From Kiloniellaceae bacterium (GTDB taxonomy: Bacteria; Pseudomonadota; Alphaproteobacteria; Kiloniellales; Kiloniellaceae), in contig JAVJNS010000026.1 of assembly GCA_040217155.1 (NCBI GenBank), forward strand, positions 94,366-158,365: a stretch of DNA of 64,000 nucleotides, given 5' to 3'. The notes under the pieces were generated by a model. It ran no database searches, was not told the DNA's origin, and saw only the letters and a program-made list of their open reading frames with translations. This document shows positions 1 to 10,065 of this stretch, piece after piece; the first letter of the stretch is position 1, and each line of letters starts with the position of its first letter. Made by a program: the position numbers and the translations under genes.

Positions 1-63
1 GACTGTCACTTCACGCGACTGTTGGCCCTATGATTCGCGCGGCGTTCGTTGCATAGTTCCGAC

Positions 64-1056
64 ATGCCGATCTGCGAAGCCGACCCTTGGCGCCTGCAAT
101 ATTTCGAAGGCGTGGACTGCCCGGAGGACGTACGCGTGCCGACCGAGGACGGCGACGCCTGGTCGTGGTATCCGGATTACAAATGGGTCTACAACAAGCT
201 CATGGTGGCCGAGACTCAGGGCTTCGTCTGCGGGCCGCATGGCCTCATGCCGCCCAGTTTCCCGGTATTTTCCAAGCCGATCTTCAATATGCGCGGGATG
301 GGCACCGGCAGCCGCCTGCTGCGCACGGCCGGCGAATACCGCGCCAATCAGCGGCCCGGCCACATCTGGACGCCGCTGTTGGAAGGCGAGCACATCTCGA
401 CCGACGTCGCGGTGGTCAAGGGTGAGGCCAAGTGGTGGCGCCATACCTACGGCCTGCCTCTCGAAGGCGGCATGTTCGACTACTGGGTGGTGTTGGGGGA
501 TGCCAAGCCGAAAATCGAAACCTACTGCGGCGAATGGCTGGCGCGTAACCTGAGCGGCTACACCGGCATGGTGAACTTCGAGACCATCGGCGCCAGAATA
601 ATCGAAGTCCACCTGCGCTTCGCCGATCAGTGGCCGGACCTCTACGGCGGCCGGCCCTGGGTCGAGTCATTGGTTGATCTTTACCGGGACGGCACCTGGG
701 ATTTCGACGACAGCGGCCGGCGCGAGGGTTACAGCGTGGTGCTTTTCGGTGGCCACGGCCTGCAATACCGCCACCCTGCCAAGGATCTGGTAGATGAGGT
801 GCGGGCCCTGCCGGAGGTGACTTCCGTGCAGATCACCTTCCACGAGGACAAGCCTCCCGCCCAGCATGCCATGCCGCCCGGCGGTTTCCGCCTCGCCATC
901 GTCAACTGCTGGAATCTGGAGGCGGGGCGCCGCGCGCGCGAGAAACTGGCCCTGAGTTTCTGGTCGACCCAGCAACTGCGGCCGGGCCGCCGGCGCAAGA
1001 CGGCGGCCGCATCGGCGGGCGATGGTGCAAGTCCAGTCGCGGGGGCCGATGACTGA
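64..1056 (+). CDS. ATP-grasp-fold protein of unknown function
   Basis: ORF 49..1056, start moved to ATG 64 (MPICEADPW). ATP-grasp-like motifs FSKPIFNMRGMGTGSRLL, LLEGEHISTDVAV, VNFETIGARIIEVHLRF. Confidence 0.6.
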   Translation: MPICEADPWRLQYFEGVDCPEDVRVPTEDGDAWSWYPDYKWVYNKLMVAETQGFVCGPHGLMPPSFPVFSKPIFNMRGMGTGSRLLRTAGEYRANQRPGHIWTPLLEGEHISTDVAVVKGEAKWWRHTYGLPLEGGMFDYWVVLGDAKPKIETYCGEWLARNLSGYTGMVNFETIGARIIEVHLRFADQWPDLYGGRPWVESLVDLYRDGTWDFDDSGRREGYSVVLFGGHGLQYRHPAKDLVDEVRALPEVTSVQITFHEDKPPAQHAMPPGGFRLAIVNCWNLEAGRRAREKLALSFWSTQQLRPGRRRKTAAASAGDGASPVAGADD

Positions 1057-1060
1057 GAGG

Positions 1061-3085
1061 ATGGACCTCTCGGATCTCAGCGCCATCGAGGAAGTCGAGA
1101 ACGCCTGGATCCCGATGCCCGACGGTGCGCGGCTGGCGGCACGGCTGTGGCTCCCAAGAAGCGCCCACAATGTCCCGGTGCCGGCGATCCTGGAGTTCCT
1201 GCCATATCGCAAGCGGGATTTCATGCGAGCCCGCGACGAGCCCATGCACCGTTTCTACGCGCTGCACGGCTACGCCTCGCTTCGCGTCGATGTACGCGGC
1301 AGCGGCGATTCCGACGGGGTGCTGGACGACGAATATTCACCGCGCGAACTGCAGGACGCGCTGGCCATCATCGCCTGGCTTTCTAAACAACCTTGGTGCA
1401 GCGGCGCGGTCGGTATGACCGGCATCTCCTGGGGCGGTTTCAACGCCCTGCAGGTTGCCGCGCTGAACCCGCCGCAGTTGAAAGCGATCATCACGCTCTG
1501 CGCCGCCGATGACCGCTATGCCGACGACGCTCACTACAAGGGCGGCTGTCTGCTCAATGAGAACATGCAGTGGGGGTCGATTCTGACGCTCTACAACGCC
1601 CTGCCGCCGGATCCCGAGATCACCGGCGGGGCCTGGCGCGATCGCTGGCGCGAGCGGATCGAGAAAGACGAGGCCTATCCGGCGCTGTGGATGCGCCATC
1701 CCTGGCGCGACGACTTCTGGAAGCACGGCTCGGTGAACGAGAACTACGCCGCCATACGCTGTGCGGTCTACGCCATCGGCGGCTGGGCGGACGGCTACAC
1801 CAATGCCGTGCCGCGCCTGCTCGAGCACCTGCAGGCACCTTGCAAGGGCCTGATCGGACCCTGGGCGCACAACTTTCCGCACGACGCGACGCCGGGCCCG
1901 GAAATCGGTTACCTGCAGGAGGCGCTGCGCTGGTGGGACCACTGGTTGAAGGGGCAGGATACGGGGATCATGGCCGAACCCGTGCTGCGCGCCTGGATGC
2001 AGGAGAGCCTGGCACCGCAGCCGCAATACGACACCCGCCCCGGGCGCTGGATAGCGGAGCCGGTTTGGCCATCGCCGCGTATCGCGCCGCGCCGCCTGCA
2101 TTTCGACTGGGGCTGGCTGTCGGAAACCCCGCCACCGGTGCAGCACGAAGTGGCGTTTTCTTCGCCCCAAACCCTCGGCGTGCGCGCCGGCGAGTGGTGC
2201 GGCTTCGGCTCCGATGGCGAGGCGCCGCGTGACCAGCGCGCCGACGACGGCGGGTCCCTGGTGTTCGATAGCGATGCGCTGGACGAGCCGTTGGAACTTC
2301 TCGGCGCACCGGTCCTGGAACTGGAGATCAAGGCCGACAAGCCGGTGGCATTCCTGGTGGCGCGGCTCTGCGATGTGCATCCCGATGGAAAATCCTCGCG
2401 GATTTCTTACGGTATCCTCAACCTCTGTCACCGCGACAGCCACGAAAAGCCGGAGCCGCTGGTGCCCGGCGAGTGGTATCGCGTGACACTGAAGCTGGAC
2501 GACCTGGGGCAGGCGGTCCCGGTGGGCCATCGCCTGCGCCTCGGCCTCTCGACCGGCTACTGGCCGATGATCTGGCCGACGCCGGAGGCCGTGACCCTCA
2601 CAGTGCGCACCGGCACCGGCCACCTCGACCTGCCGGCGCGTCCGCCGCGCGAGGAGGATGCCGCGCTGGCGGACTTCGAACCGCCCCTTGCCGCACCGGG
2701 CACCAAGCACCGCAAGCTGCAGCATCTCGACATGACCCGTTCGATCGAGATCGATCTCACCACCAACGAGATGATCTACACATTGGAAGCCGGTGAGTTC
2801 CCCGGTGCCTCCCTGGCGCGCATCGAGGAGATCGACCTCGATATCGGTTATACCCAGATGAAGCGCTACCGCATTCTGGAGGACGATCCGCTGTCGGCTC
2901 AGACCGAGCTGGTCCAGAGCGCGGTATTGCGGCGCGACGGCTGGTCGGTACGCATCGATTGCCGCACCCGTCTGACGGCCACGGCCCAGGCCTTTCAGTT
3001 CACCGGCGACCTTGAGGCCTGCGAGAACGATGCTCCCTTCGCTCACCGCCGCTGGACCGTGTCGATCCCAAGAAAGCTGCTGTAG
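1061..3085 (+). CDS. CocE/NonD family serine hydrolase (peptidase S15-like)
   Basis: EFLPYRK, DVRGSGDSDG, nucleophile elbow GISWGG, IGGWADGY, GPWAH, and a C-terminal PepX_C-like domain. GAGAGG RBS directly before ATG 1061. Confidence 0.9.
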   Translation: MDLSDLSAIEEVENAWIPMPDGARLAARLWLPRSAHNVPVPAILEFLPYRKRDFMRARDEPMHRFYALHGYASLRVDVRGSGDSDGVLDDEYSPRELQDALAIIAWLSKQPWCSGAVGMTGISWGGFNALQVAALNPPQLKAIITLCAADDRYADDAHYKGGCLLNENMQWGSILTLYNALPPDPEITGGAWRDRWRERIEKDEAYPALWMRHPWRDDFWKHGSVNENYAAIRCAVYAIGGWADGYTNAVPRLLEHLQAPCKGLIGPWAHNFPHDATPGPEIGYLQEALRWWDHWLKGQDTGIMAEPVLRAWMQESLAPQPQYDTRPGRWIAEPVWPSPRIAPRRLHFDWGWLSETPPPVQHEVAFSSPQTLGVRAGEWCGFGSDGEAPRDQRADDGGSLVFDSDALDEPLELLGAPVLELEIKADKPVAFLVARLCDVHPDGKSSRISYGILNLCHRDSHEKPEPLVPGEWYRVTLKLDDLGQAVPVGHRLRLGLSTGYWPMIWPTPEAVTLTVRTGTGHLDLPARPPREEDAALADFEPPLAAPGTKHRKLQHLDMTRSIEIDLTTNEMIYTLEAGEFPGASLARIEEIDLDIGYTQMKRYRILEDDPLSAQTELVQSAVLRRDGWSVRIDCRTRLTATAQAFQFTGDLEACENDAPFAHRRWTVSIPRKLL

Positions 3086-3094
3086 GGCTGGCTC

Positions 3095-4117
3095 TTAACG
3101 GCCGATCCGCTCGAGGGCGGCGTCGATGACCATTTCCAGCATGCGGGGATAAGCGATGCCGGCGAAGCCGGCCATGAAGGCGAGTTTGCCGTCGTTGGCC
3201 CAGGCGGGATTGGGGTTGCACTCCATCAGCTTGGGCAGGCCGTCGGCGGCGCAGCGGAAGTCGAAGCGTCCGTAGTCCTGCAGCCCGAAGCGGCGAAACA
3301 GCAGCTTGGCCCAGTCTTCCATCCGCGCCAGCGTGGCGGGGTCGAGCGTGGCCTGCTTGAACTTGATCTCGGTCCAGTAGGGCGAGTCCGGATCGACTTT
3401 GGATTCGAAGGAGAGAATCGGGTTGGCGCCCTCCGGCAGACCGGAGAAGTCGACTTCCAGCGGCGGCAGTGCCGTCAGGCCCTGGTCTGGATTGCCGATC
3501 AGTCCCATGCCGTACTCCGGCCCCGGCAGGTACTCCTGCCAGAGGATGTCGCGGCCCGGCAGTTCCCGCTCGAGGAAGGCCAGATAGGCGCGCGCCTCGG
3601 CCTCGTCGTGAACCACAGCATCCTTGGTGATGCCGACACTGCCGTCGGCGGCGTTGGGCTTCAGCAGCGCCGGGTAGAGGTTCGGAAGGGGCTGACGGGT
3701 GCCGTTGGCCGGCAGGAAGACCTCGCCCGGCACCTCGACACCCAGCGCCTCGGCCACCAGCCGGACGATCTGCTTGTCGAAACACAGCACGACGGCCTGC
3801 GGGGTGGCGCCGGTATAGGGAATGTCGTGCAGTTCCAGCCAGGCCGGCAGGTTCAACTCTCGGGTCGGCCGGTTGTTCACGCCGGTGTCGCAGAAGTTCA
3901 CCACCAGGTCCGGGCGCTGCGCCGCCAGCCGTTCGAAGAGATTGTGGTGGTCGTTGTAGACCGTGACGTCGAAGCGTCCGAGGCTATCGAGCGCCGCCAC
4001 CATGGTGGCGTGCGCCTTCAGGTCTTCAGGTCCGTAGCTGGCGCCCTTCTTGGTCGGATCCGTCGCTTTGTGGTCACCGGTAATGATGGCGAGGGATTTG
4101 ACGGCATTGTTCTGCAT
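3095..4117 (-). CDS. D-Ala-D-Ala ligase-like ATP-grasp protein (probably not the cell-wall Ddl)
   Basis: LELHDIPYTG, CFDK, PALLKPNAADGSVGI, QEYLPGPEY, DYGRFDFR, MECNPNP. Confidence 0.8.
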   Translation of the reverse strand: MQNNAVKSLAIITGDHKATDPTKKGASYGPEDLKAHATMVAALDSLGRFDVTVYNDHHNLFERLAAQRPDLVVNFCDTGVNNRPTRELNLPAWLELHDIPYTGATPQAVVLCFDKQIVRLVAEALGVEVPGEVFLPANGTRQPLPNLYPALLKPNAADGSVGITKDAVVHDEAEARAYLAFLERELPGRDILWQEYLPGPEYGMGLIGNPDQGLTALPPLEVDFSGLPEGANPILSFESKVDPDSPYWTEIKFKQATLDPATLARMEDWAKLLFRRFGLQDYGRFDFRCAADGLPKLMECNPNPAWANDGKLAFMAGFAGIAYPRMLEMVIDAALERIGR

Positions 4118-4203
4118 GGACGATTGGCCTTCAGCACTTGATTGCGCGCGGTATTGGAGGCGAAGCCGGGAAGATATGCAAATCGGACTTCGCCGTTACA
4201 GCT

Positions 4204-4830
4204 TCACTGGTTTGCATAGGCGGCGGTTTTGTCCTTCAGCGATTCGATCAGGGCGACGATGCCGCTCTTTTCGATGATGCTGTTGTATTCGCCGCGCCGC
4301 GCCGCCAGTTCCGAAGCTGTGCCGCCGAGGATGGTGTCGATGATGCGCCAGCCTTCGCCCTCCGCCTCTGGTTTGGCCAGGTAATCGATGGCGATGGCTT
4401 CGCCGTCGCCCTTCACGATCCGGTTTCGCACCAGTACCGTGCCGCGCCGCGCCGGCTGCTCGCCGAGAACTTCGAAGATCTCTCCGCCGTAGCCGTTGAA
4501 GCGGTTGGCGAAGACGCCGATGCTGTAGCCTGTGAAGGCTTGAGTGAAGGCTTCCTGTTGCGCGCTGCTGATGCTGCTCCAGTGGCCGCCGAGAGCGATT
4601 CTGGCCATGGTGGGGAAATCGAATATCTGCTTGAGGTCGGGGGCGAGACGGTCGTAGCGGCCGGCGTAGCCCAGGGTTTCAGCCTGCTGCATGACCTCCA
4701 GCAGGGCGGCGTTCAGCCGCTCGACCGTGGCGCTGGCGCTGTCGGCGGCGTGGGCCGCAGGAGCCGCCGTCGGCAGGGCCGCCAACAGCAGAAAGATCAG
4801 GGCCAGGGCGTGCCGGGCGGTGCGCGTCAT
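4204..4830 (-). CDS. hpnM: Hopanoid biosynthesis-associated HpnM (MlaC/Ttg2D-like periplasmic protein)
   Basis: 3' part of ORF 4204..5943. Signal peptide MTRTARHALALIFLLLAALPTAAPAAHA, FDFPTMARIALG, WRIIDTIL..SELAARRGEY; next to the hpn genes. Confidence 0.8.
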   Translation of the reverse strand: MTRTARHALALIFLLLAALPTAAPAAHAADSASATVERLNAALLEVMQQAETLGYAGRYDRLAPDLKQIFDFPTMARIALGGHWSSISSAQQEAFTQAFTGYSIGVFANRFNGYGGEIFEVLGEQPARRGTVLVRNRIVKGDGEAIAIDYLAKPEAEGEGWRIIDTILGGTASELAARRGEYNSIIEKSGIVALIESLKDKTAAYANQ

Positions 4831-4938
4831 GAAGGACCTCGATAGTGCGGGCTTCCTCAGATGTACGGCCATGTGCGTGAGGTGCAAGGGCTTTTGTTTG
4901 CCTTGCTGAGGCGGCGGCACCGGGGCAATCTGTTTTTC

Positions 4939-5931
4939 ATGAGCATTCTCGTCACCGGCGGCACCGGATTTGTCGGCTCCGCCGTCGTGCGGGCGCTGAT
5001 TGCCCAGGGCGAGCGCCCGCGCTGTCTGGTGCGACGCGACAGCGACCGGCGCAATCTGGAAGGCCTCAGCGTCGATCTCGTGGAAGGCGATCTGGAGGAC
5101 GGCGACTCCCTTGACGCTGCGATCAAGGGCTGCAGCGCCCTGTTTCATATCGCCGCCGACTACCGGATCTGGGTACGCCGGCCCGAAACGATGCTGCGCA
5201 CCAACGTCGAGGGCACCAAGCGGCTGATGGAGCTGGCGCTGCGCCACGGCCTCGAGAAGATCGTCTATACTTCCTCGGTCGCGGCCCTCGGCAAGGCGCC
5301 CCAAGGCGCGCCGGCCGACGAGGAGACTCCGGCCGTTCTGCGCGACATGGTCGGCGTCTACAAGCGCTCCAAGTTCCTGGCCGAGGCCGAGGTGCGCCGT
5401 CTGCACGGCGCATCCGGCCTGCCGGTGGTGATCGTCAATCCCTCGACCCCGGTCGGTCCGGGGGACGTCAAGCCGACCCCCACCGGTCGACTGGTGGTGG
5501 AGGCCGCCTCGGGGCGCATTCCCGCCTTCGTGGAAACCGGCCTCAACGTTGTCCACGTCGACGATGTGGCCGCGGGGCACCTGCTGGCTTTCGACAAGGG
5601 CCAAATCGGCGAGCGCTATGTGCTGGGCGGCGAAAATCTGGCTCTGGGCGAAATCCTGGCGCAGGTGGCCGGTTTGCGTGGCCGCCGGGCGCCGACCCTG
5701 CGCCTGCCGCGCCGCCCGCTGTTCCCGCTGGCTTACGCGGCGGAGGGCTGGGCGCGGCTGTCCGGCGGCAGGGAGCCGCTCTTGACCGTCGACGGCCTCA
5801 AAATGGCCGCCAAGCCGATGTATTTCTCCAGCGCCAAGGCGAGAGAGAGTTTGGGATACCGCCCCCGCCCCGCCTGTGAGGCCCTGCAGGACGCCATCGG
5901 CTGGTTCGAGGCGCAAGGTTACTTGAATTAG
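4939..5931 (+). CDS. hpnA: Hopanoid-associated sugar epimerase (NAD-dependent)
   Basis: ILVTGGTGFVG, FHIAADYRIW, TSSVA, YKRSK, NPSTPVGPGDVKPTPTG. Start moved to ATG 4939. Confidence 0.9.
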   Translation: MSILVTGGTGFVGSAVVRALIAQGERPRCLVRRDSDRRNLEGLSVDLVEGDLEDGDSLDAAIKGCSALFHIAADYRIWVRRPETMLRTNVEGTKRLMELALRHGLEKIVYTSSVAALGKAPQGAPADEETPAVLRDMVGVYKRSKFLAEAEVRRLHGASGLPVVIVNPSTPVGPGDVKPTPTGRLVVEAASGRIPAFVETGLNVVHVDDVAAGHLLAFDKGQIGERYVLGGENLALGEILAQVAGLRGRRAPTLRLPRRPLFPLAYAAEGWARLSGGREPLLTVDGLKMAAKPMYFSSAKARESLGYRPRPACEALQDAIGWFEAQGYLN

Positions 5932-6058
5932 CGATTGGCGCAAAATGCCCCAGAACCGCTAAGCCTAAGGGGTGGTGTTGCGGCGCAAAAACGTTAGACT
6001 GGCGCGGTGAAAATGCGGTATCGAAGAGTACTTTCCTTCTGACTCCCGGAGTAGTCCC

Positions 6059-7201
6059 TTGGCGGTTCCCCTGATCCAGCAGTTGCGCGTCGGCGCCTAT
6101 ATCTTGAAGCAGCGGCTGCGCGGCAATGACCGCTATCCGCTGGTGCTGATGCTGGAGCCGCTGTTCCGCTGCAACCTGGCCTGCCCGGGCTGCGGCAAGA
6201 TCGACTATCCGGAAGACATCCTGAACCGCCGCCTGTCGGTGGAGGAATGCATCGAGGCGGCCGAGGAGAGCGGCGCGCCGATCATCTCGATTCCCGGTGG
6301 CGAGCCCTTGATTCATAAGGAGATGCCGCAGATCGTTGAGGAACTGGTGAAGCGCAAGCGCTTCGTCTACCTCTGCACCAATGCCCTGCTGCTGGAAAAG
6401 AAGATCGACCTCTTCAAGCCCAGCCAATACCTGACCTTCTCCATCCACCTGGATGGTCTGGAAGAGGAGCACGACCGGGCGGTCGATCAGAAGGGCGTGT
6501 TCAAGCGCGCCGTCAAGGCCATCGAGGCGGTGCGCGACCGTGGCTTCCGGGTCAACGTGAACTGCACCCTGTTCAACAACGCCAAGCCCGAGGCGGTGGC
6601 CGAGTATCTGGATTTCGCCCGCGATCTGGGCGTCGAGGGCGTCACCATCTCGCCGGGCTATGCCTATGAGCGTGCGCCCGATCAGGAGCATTTCCTCAGC
6701 CGGCGCCAGACCAAGGAACTCTTCCGCGACGTCTTTCGGCGCGGCAAGGGGCGCAAGTGGCGCTTTTCCCAGTCCAGCCTGTTCCTCGATTTTCTGGCCG
6801 GCAATCAGACCTACCACTGCACGCCCTGGAGCAATCCGACCCGCAATGTCTTTGGCTGGCAGCGGCCCTGCTACCTGCTGAACGAAGGCTATGCGCCCAG
6901 CTTCAAGGCGCTGATGGAAGAAACCGAGTGGGAAGGCTACGGCACCGGCAACTACGAAAAATGCGCCAACTGCATGGTCCACTGCGGCTATGAGGGTACG
7001 GCGGTCGCCGATACCGTGGCGCATCCGCTGAAGGCCCTCAAGGTGGCCCTGGCGGGCGTGACCACCGAGGGCGAATGGGCCCGGGAGATCGATCTCAGCC
7101 GGCAGCGCCCGGCGGTCTATACCTTCGAGGAGTTTGTCGCCGCGGCGGCCCAGCGGAAACCTGAAAAGCCGGGCCCGACTTCCTCAGAAGCGGCCGAGTA
7201 G
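6059..7201 (+). CDS. hpnH: Adenosyl-hopene transferase (radical SAM)
   Basis: LMLEPLFRCNLACPGC (CxxxCxxC), GGEPL, QRPCYLL, YEKCANCMVHCGYE. Confidence 0.95.
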   Translation: MAVPLIQQLRVGAYILKQRLRGNDRYPLVLMLEPLFRCNLACPGCGKIDYPEDILNRRLSVEECIEAAEESGAPIISIPGGEPLIHKEMPQIVEELVKRKRFVYLCTNALLLEKKIDLFKPSQYLTFSIHLDGLEEEHDRAVDQKGVFKRAVKAIEAVRDRGFRVNVNCTLFNNAKPEAVAEYLDFARDLGVEGVTISPGYAYERAPDQEHFLSRRQTKELFRDVFRRGKGRKWRFSQSSLFLDFLAGNQTYHCTPWSNPTRNVFGWQRPCYLLNEGYAPSFKALMEETEWEGYGTGNYEKCANCMVHCGYEGTAVADTVAHPLKALKVALAGVTTEGEWAREIDLSRQRPAVYTFEEFVAAAAQRKPEKPGPTSSEAAE

Positions 7202-7906
7202 CGGCGCCTTCGCCGTTTCCAGCATACGCAGGCGCGCCAGCGCCAGTTCGGTCTGGCGCGCCAGCCTGAACGTGACGGGAATGTCTCCCGGGTGCCGCGC
7301 CAGAGCGCCCAGCACGCGGCCAATGTTGGGCCGCCCATCCGGTTTCACCGCCGTTTCCACAAAGCCCGGCAGCCTGTCCGATGCCGCGTCGGCGACGGCG
7401 CGCACGGCAAGGAAGGGCAGTCCGGTTTCGGCGGCGACCGCGGCCACGGCGGCGCTCTCCATGTCAACGGCTTGACAGCCGGTATCCGCGAAAGCGGCGG
7501 CCTTGTCGGCGGGCTGGCGCAGAGGGCGGGCGCTGCCCAGGATAGACGCTTCCCGATAGGTCAGACTGCTCTCTTCCAGGTTTGCCGTGAGGGCGCTGCG
7601 CCAGTCGGTGTCCGTTTCGAAGTCTTGGCCCGCCGGGCCGCGCAGACCGTGCGCAATGATGAGGTCGCCACAGTCGAGATCGGGGGCCAGGCCGCCGGCG
7701 ACGCCGAAGCTGAGCAGCGCTTCGACGCCTTGATAGGCAAGCTGGCTGGCCAGTTCCGTGGCCCTCCTGCTGCTCGCGCCGGCGCAGGTGACCTCTACTT
7801 CGAGGGCCGCTTCGTCCAGCATGAGAGAGATTATCCTGGCCTCGGAAGCGAGCCCCGTCACCACCCCCAGCCGATGTAGTCTGCAGTTCTGTGGGGCGGA
7901 ATCCAC
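7184..7906 (-). CDS. hpnG: Hopanoid-associated nucleosidase/phosphorylase
   Basis: LGVVTGLASEA, LLSFGVAGGL, AVDMES, VRAVAD; directly downstream of shc. Confidence 0.85.
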   Translation of the reverse strand: MDSAPQNCRLHRLGVVTGLASEARIISLMLDEAALEVEVTCAGASSRRATELASQLAYQGVEALLSFGVAGGLAPDLDCGDLIIAHGLRGPAGQDFETDTDWRSALTANLEESSLTYREASILGSARPLRQPADKAAAFADTGCQAVDMESAAVAAVAAETGLPFLAVRAVADAASDRLPGFVETAVKPDGRPNIGRVLGALARHPGDIPVTFRLARQTELALARLRMLETAKAPLLGRF

Positions 7907-7910
7907 CTGA

Positions 7911-9896
7911 CTACATGCCGTGACTGACGCGCCGCTCGTTGCTTTGCATCAGGTTGCGGTAGCGGGCCAGGGCCCAGAGCGGAAAATAGGCGCTGTAGCC
8001 GTGGTACTTGAGATAGAAGACCCGCGGGAAACCGGTGCCGGTCCAGTAGTCTTCGGCCCAGCGGGCGCCCTCGCGCGGCTGCTGTTGCAGGAAGGCAATG
8101 CCGCGGCGCACGGCGTCGCTTTCGACCTCGCCGGCGGCCATGAGGCCGAGCAACGCCCAGGCTGTCTGCGACGCCGTGGAGGATTTCACTTCGGCGCGGC
8201 GTTCCGGCCAATAACTGGCGCAGTCGTCGCCCCAGCCGCCGTCGGGAAGCTGGCGGCTTTCCAGCCAGGCGACAGCCTTGCGGATGTAGGGGGCCGACAG
8301 GTCCTCGCCGCAGGCATTGAGGGCGCAGAGCGCCGACCAGGTGCCGTAGACATAGTTGACGCCCCAGCGGCCGTACCAGGAGCCGTCGGCCTCCTGCTCG
8401 CGGCGCAGGTAGTCGAGGCCGCGGCGCACCACGGTATTGTCGCGGCCGTAGCCGAGCTGGGCCAACATGGAGAGACAGCGCGCCGAGACATCGGCTGTCG
8501 GCGGGTCGAGCAGCGCGCCATGGTCGGCGAAGGGGATGTGGTTCAGATACTCGAAGGCGTTGTCCGCGTCGAAGGCGCCCCAGCCGCCGTTCTTGCTCTG
8601 CATGGCGACAACCCAGTCGACGGCGCGCGCCATGGCGCCCTTGCTGGCTGCGGAGCCGGCGCGGTCCATCGCCAATACCACCACAGCGGTGTCATCGACG
8701 TCCGGGTAGTGGGCATTGTTGTACTGGAAGGGCCAGCCACCGACCGGCGCCTTGGCGCGGCGCCAGGCCCAGTCGCCGCGCACCTCGACGATTTCCCGCT
8801 CGAGCAACCAGTCGAAGGCGCGGGTGAAGGTGTCGCTGTCGCCGGGCTCGCCGGCTTCCAGCATGGCATGAGCGGCCAAGCAGGTGTCCCAGATCGGTGA
8901 CAGGCAGGGCTGGCAGGTGACGCGATTTTCATCGCGCACGAAAAGCAGGCGGTCGATGGCTTCGCGGGTTAGGCGGTAGTCCGGATCCTCCCAGTCGTAA
9001 CCGAGTACGTGAAACGCCATGGCGGCATTGGCCATGGCCGGAAAGATGCCGCCCAAGCCGTCCTCGCCGTTAAGGCGTTCCTTCACGAAGTCCATGGCCG
9101 CGTTGATCGCCTTTTGGCGCTTGGCCCGCGGGCGCAGTGGATCGCTGAGGCGCAGGACACGGTCGATGCCGGCGAAGATGGCGCCCAACGGGCTGCCGGA
9201 GGCATTCATCTGGTAATGCGCGCGCTCCGGGGCCTCTTGGAACAGCTCGCGGATTGTGACATTCCGCGGGTTCGCCGCCTGCGGTTTGCGGTCCATGACG
9301 ATCAGCAGCGGCGCGATGACCGTGCGGGACCAGTAGGATACCTTCGAAAGGTGGAAGGGAAACCAGCGCGGCAGCAGCATGATCTCGACGGGCATCTCCG
9401 GCACCGCGCGCCAGGGCACCTGGCCGAAAAGGGCAAGGGCGATACGCGTGAAGACATTGCTTTGCTCGGCGCCGCCGGCAGCCAGGATAGCGTTGCGGGC
9501 CGCGGCCATATGTGGCGCATCGGGATCGTCGCCGGACAGCTTCAGCGCGTAGTAGGCTTTCACGCTGGCGCTGATGTCCAGATCGCCGCCGTGGAACAGC
9601 GGCCAGCCGCCGTGGCGTCCCTGGAGCGACCGCAGATGGTTGGCGATTTTCGGCTCGAGTGCCCGGTAGCCCGTGGTGTCGACCTGCCCCAGGAAATGCT
9701 GGAGAAAGATGTACTCGGCCGGGATGGTGGCGTCGGCTTCCAACTCAAAGAGCCAGTGGCCGTCGGGGCGTTGCTCGGCCTGCAGCGCCGCGCGCATCTC
9801 GGTAACGAGAGCGTCTACCGCATCGAGGTCGGGTAAAGGCGCGGAAAGGGGCGCTGCGGGAGCGCTGTTGTCTCTGGCTACGGTACTGCTGGTCAT
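7911..9896 (-). CDS. shc: Squalene-hopene cyclase
   Basis: ELEADATIPAEY, DVDDTAVV (DXDD motif), QW repeats (QSKNGGWG, QEADGSWYGRWG, QLPDGGWG), GTGFPRVFYLKYH. Confidence 0.97.
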   Translation of the reverse strand: MTSSTVARDNSAPAAPLSAPLPDLDAVDALVTEMRAALQAEQRPDGHWLFELEADATIPAEYIFLQHFLGQVDTTGYRALEPKIANHLRSLQGRHGGWPLFHGGDLDISASVKAYYALKLSGDDPDAPHMAAARNAILAAGGAEQSNVFTRIALALFGQVPWRAVPEMPVEIMLLPRWFPFHLSKVSYWSRTVIAPLLIVMDRKPQAANPRNVTIRELFQEAPERAHYQMNASGSPLGAIFAGIDRVLRLSDPLRPRAKRQKAINAAMDFVKERLNGEDGLGGIFPAMANAAMAFHVLGYDWEDPDYRLTREAIDRLLFVRDENRVTCQPCLSPIWDTCLAAHAMLEAGEPGDSDTFTRAFDWLLEREIVEVRGDWAWRRAKAPVGGWPFQYNNAHYPDVDDTAVVVLAMDRAGSAASKGAMARAVDWVVAMQSKNGGWGAFDADNAFEYLNHIPFADHGALLDPPTADVSARCLSMLAQLGYGRDNTVVRRGLDYLRREQEADGSWYGRWGVNYVYGTWSALCALNACGEDLSAPYIRKAVAWLESRQLPDGGWGDDCASYWPERRAEVKSSTASQTAWALLGLMAAGEVESDAVRRGIAFLQQQPREGARWAEDYWTGTGFPRVFYLKYHGYSAYFPLWALARYRNLMQSNERRVSHGM

Positions 9897-10065
9897 CGTA
9901 ATGCTAGCCGCATGGCCTCATGCAGTGGATGTGAAATTCCTCTTGCCTCCGCTTCCCCCTCAGACCGCTTTCGAATCAGCGGTTTCCTGATAGGAATTGT
10001 GACCAAGGCGACAGGCCCTTGCAAGCCCAGGCTCCCGCGCCGTCTGGGATCAAATGAGGGTCAGG

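Noticed and set aside
1337-3046. Numerous long antisense or alternative-frame ORFs across the window (for example 1337-3046, 23847-25358, 27896-29296)
   Set aside because: They overlap well-supported genes and lack family motifs; expected in high-GC DNA.
4831-5943. 579-aa ORF 4204..5943 (-) suggesting a long fusion to HpnM
   Set aside because: The upstream part is the antisense shadow of hpnA; HpnM begins at its own signal peptide (4830).
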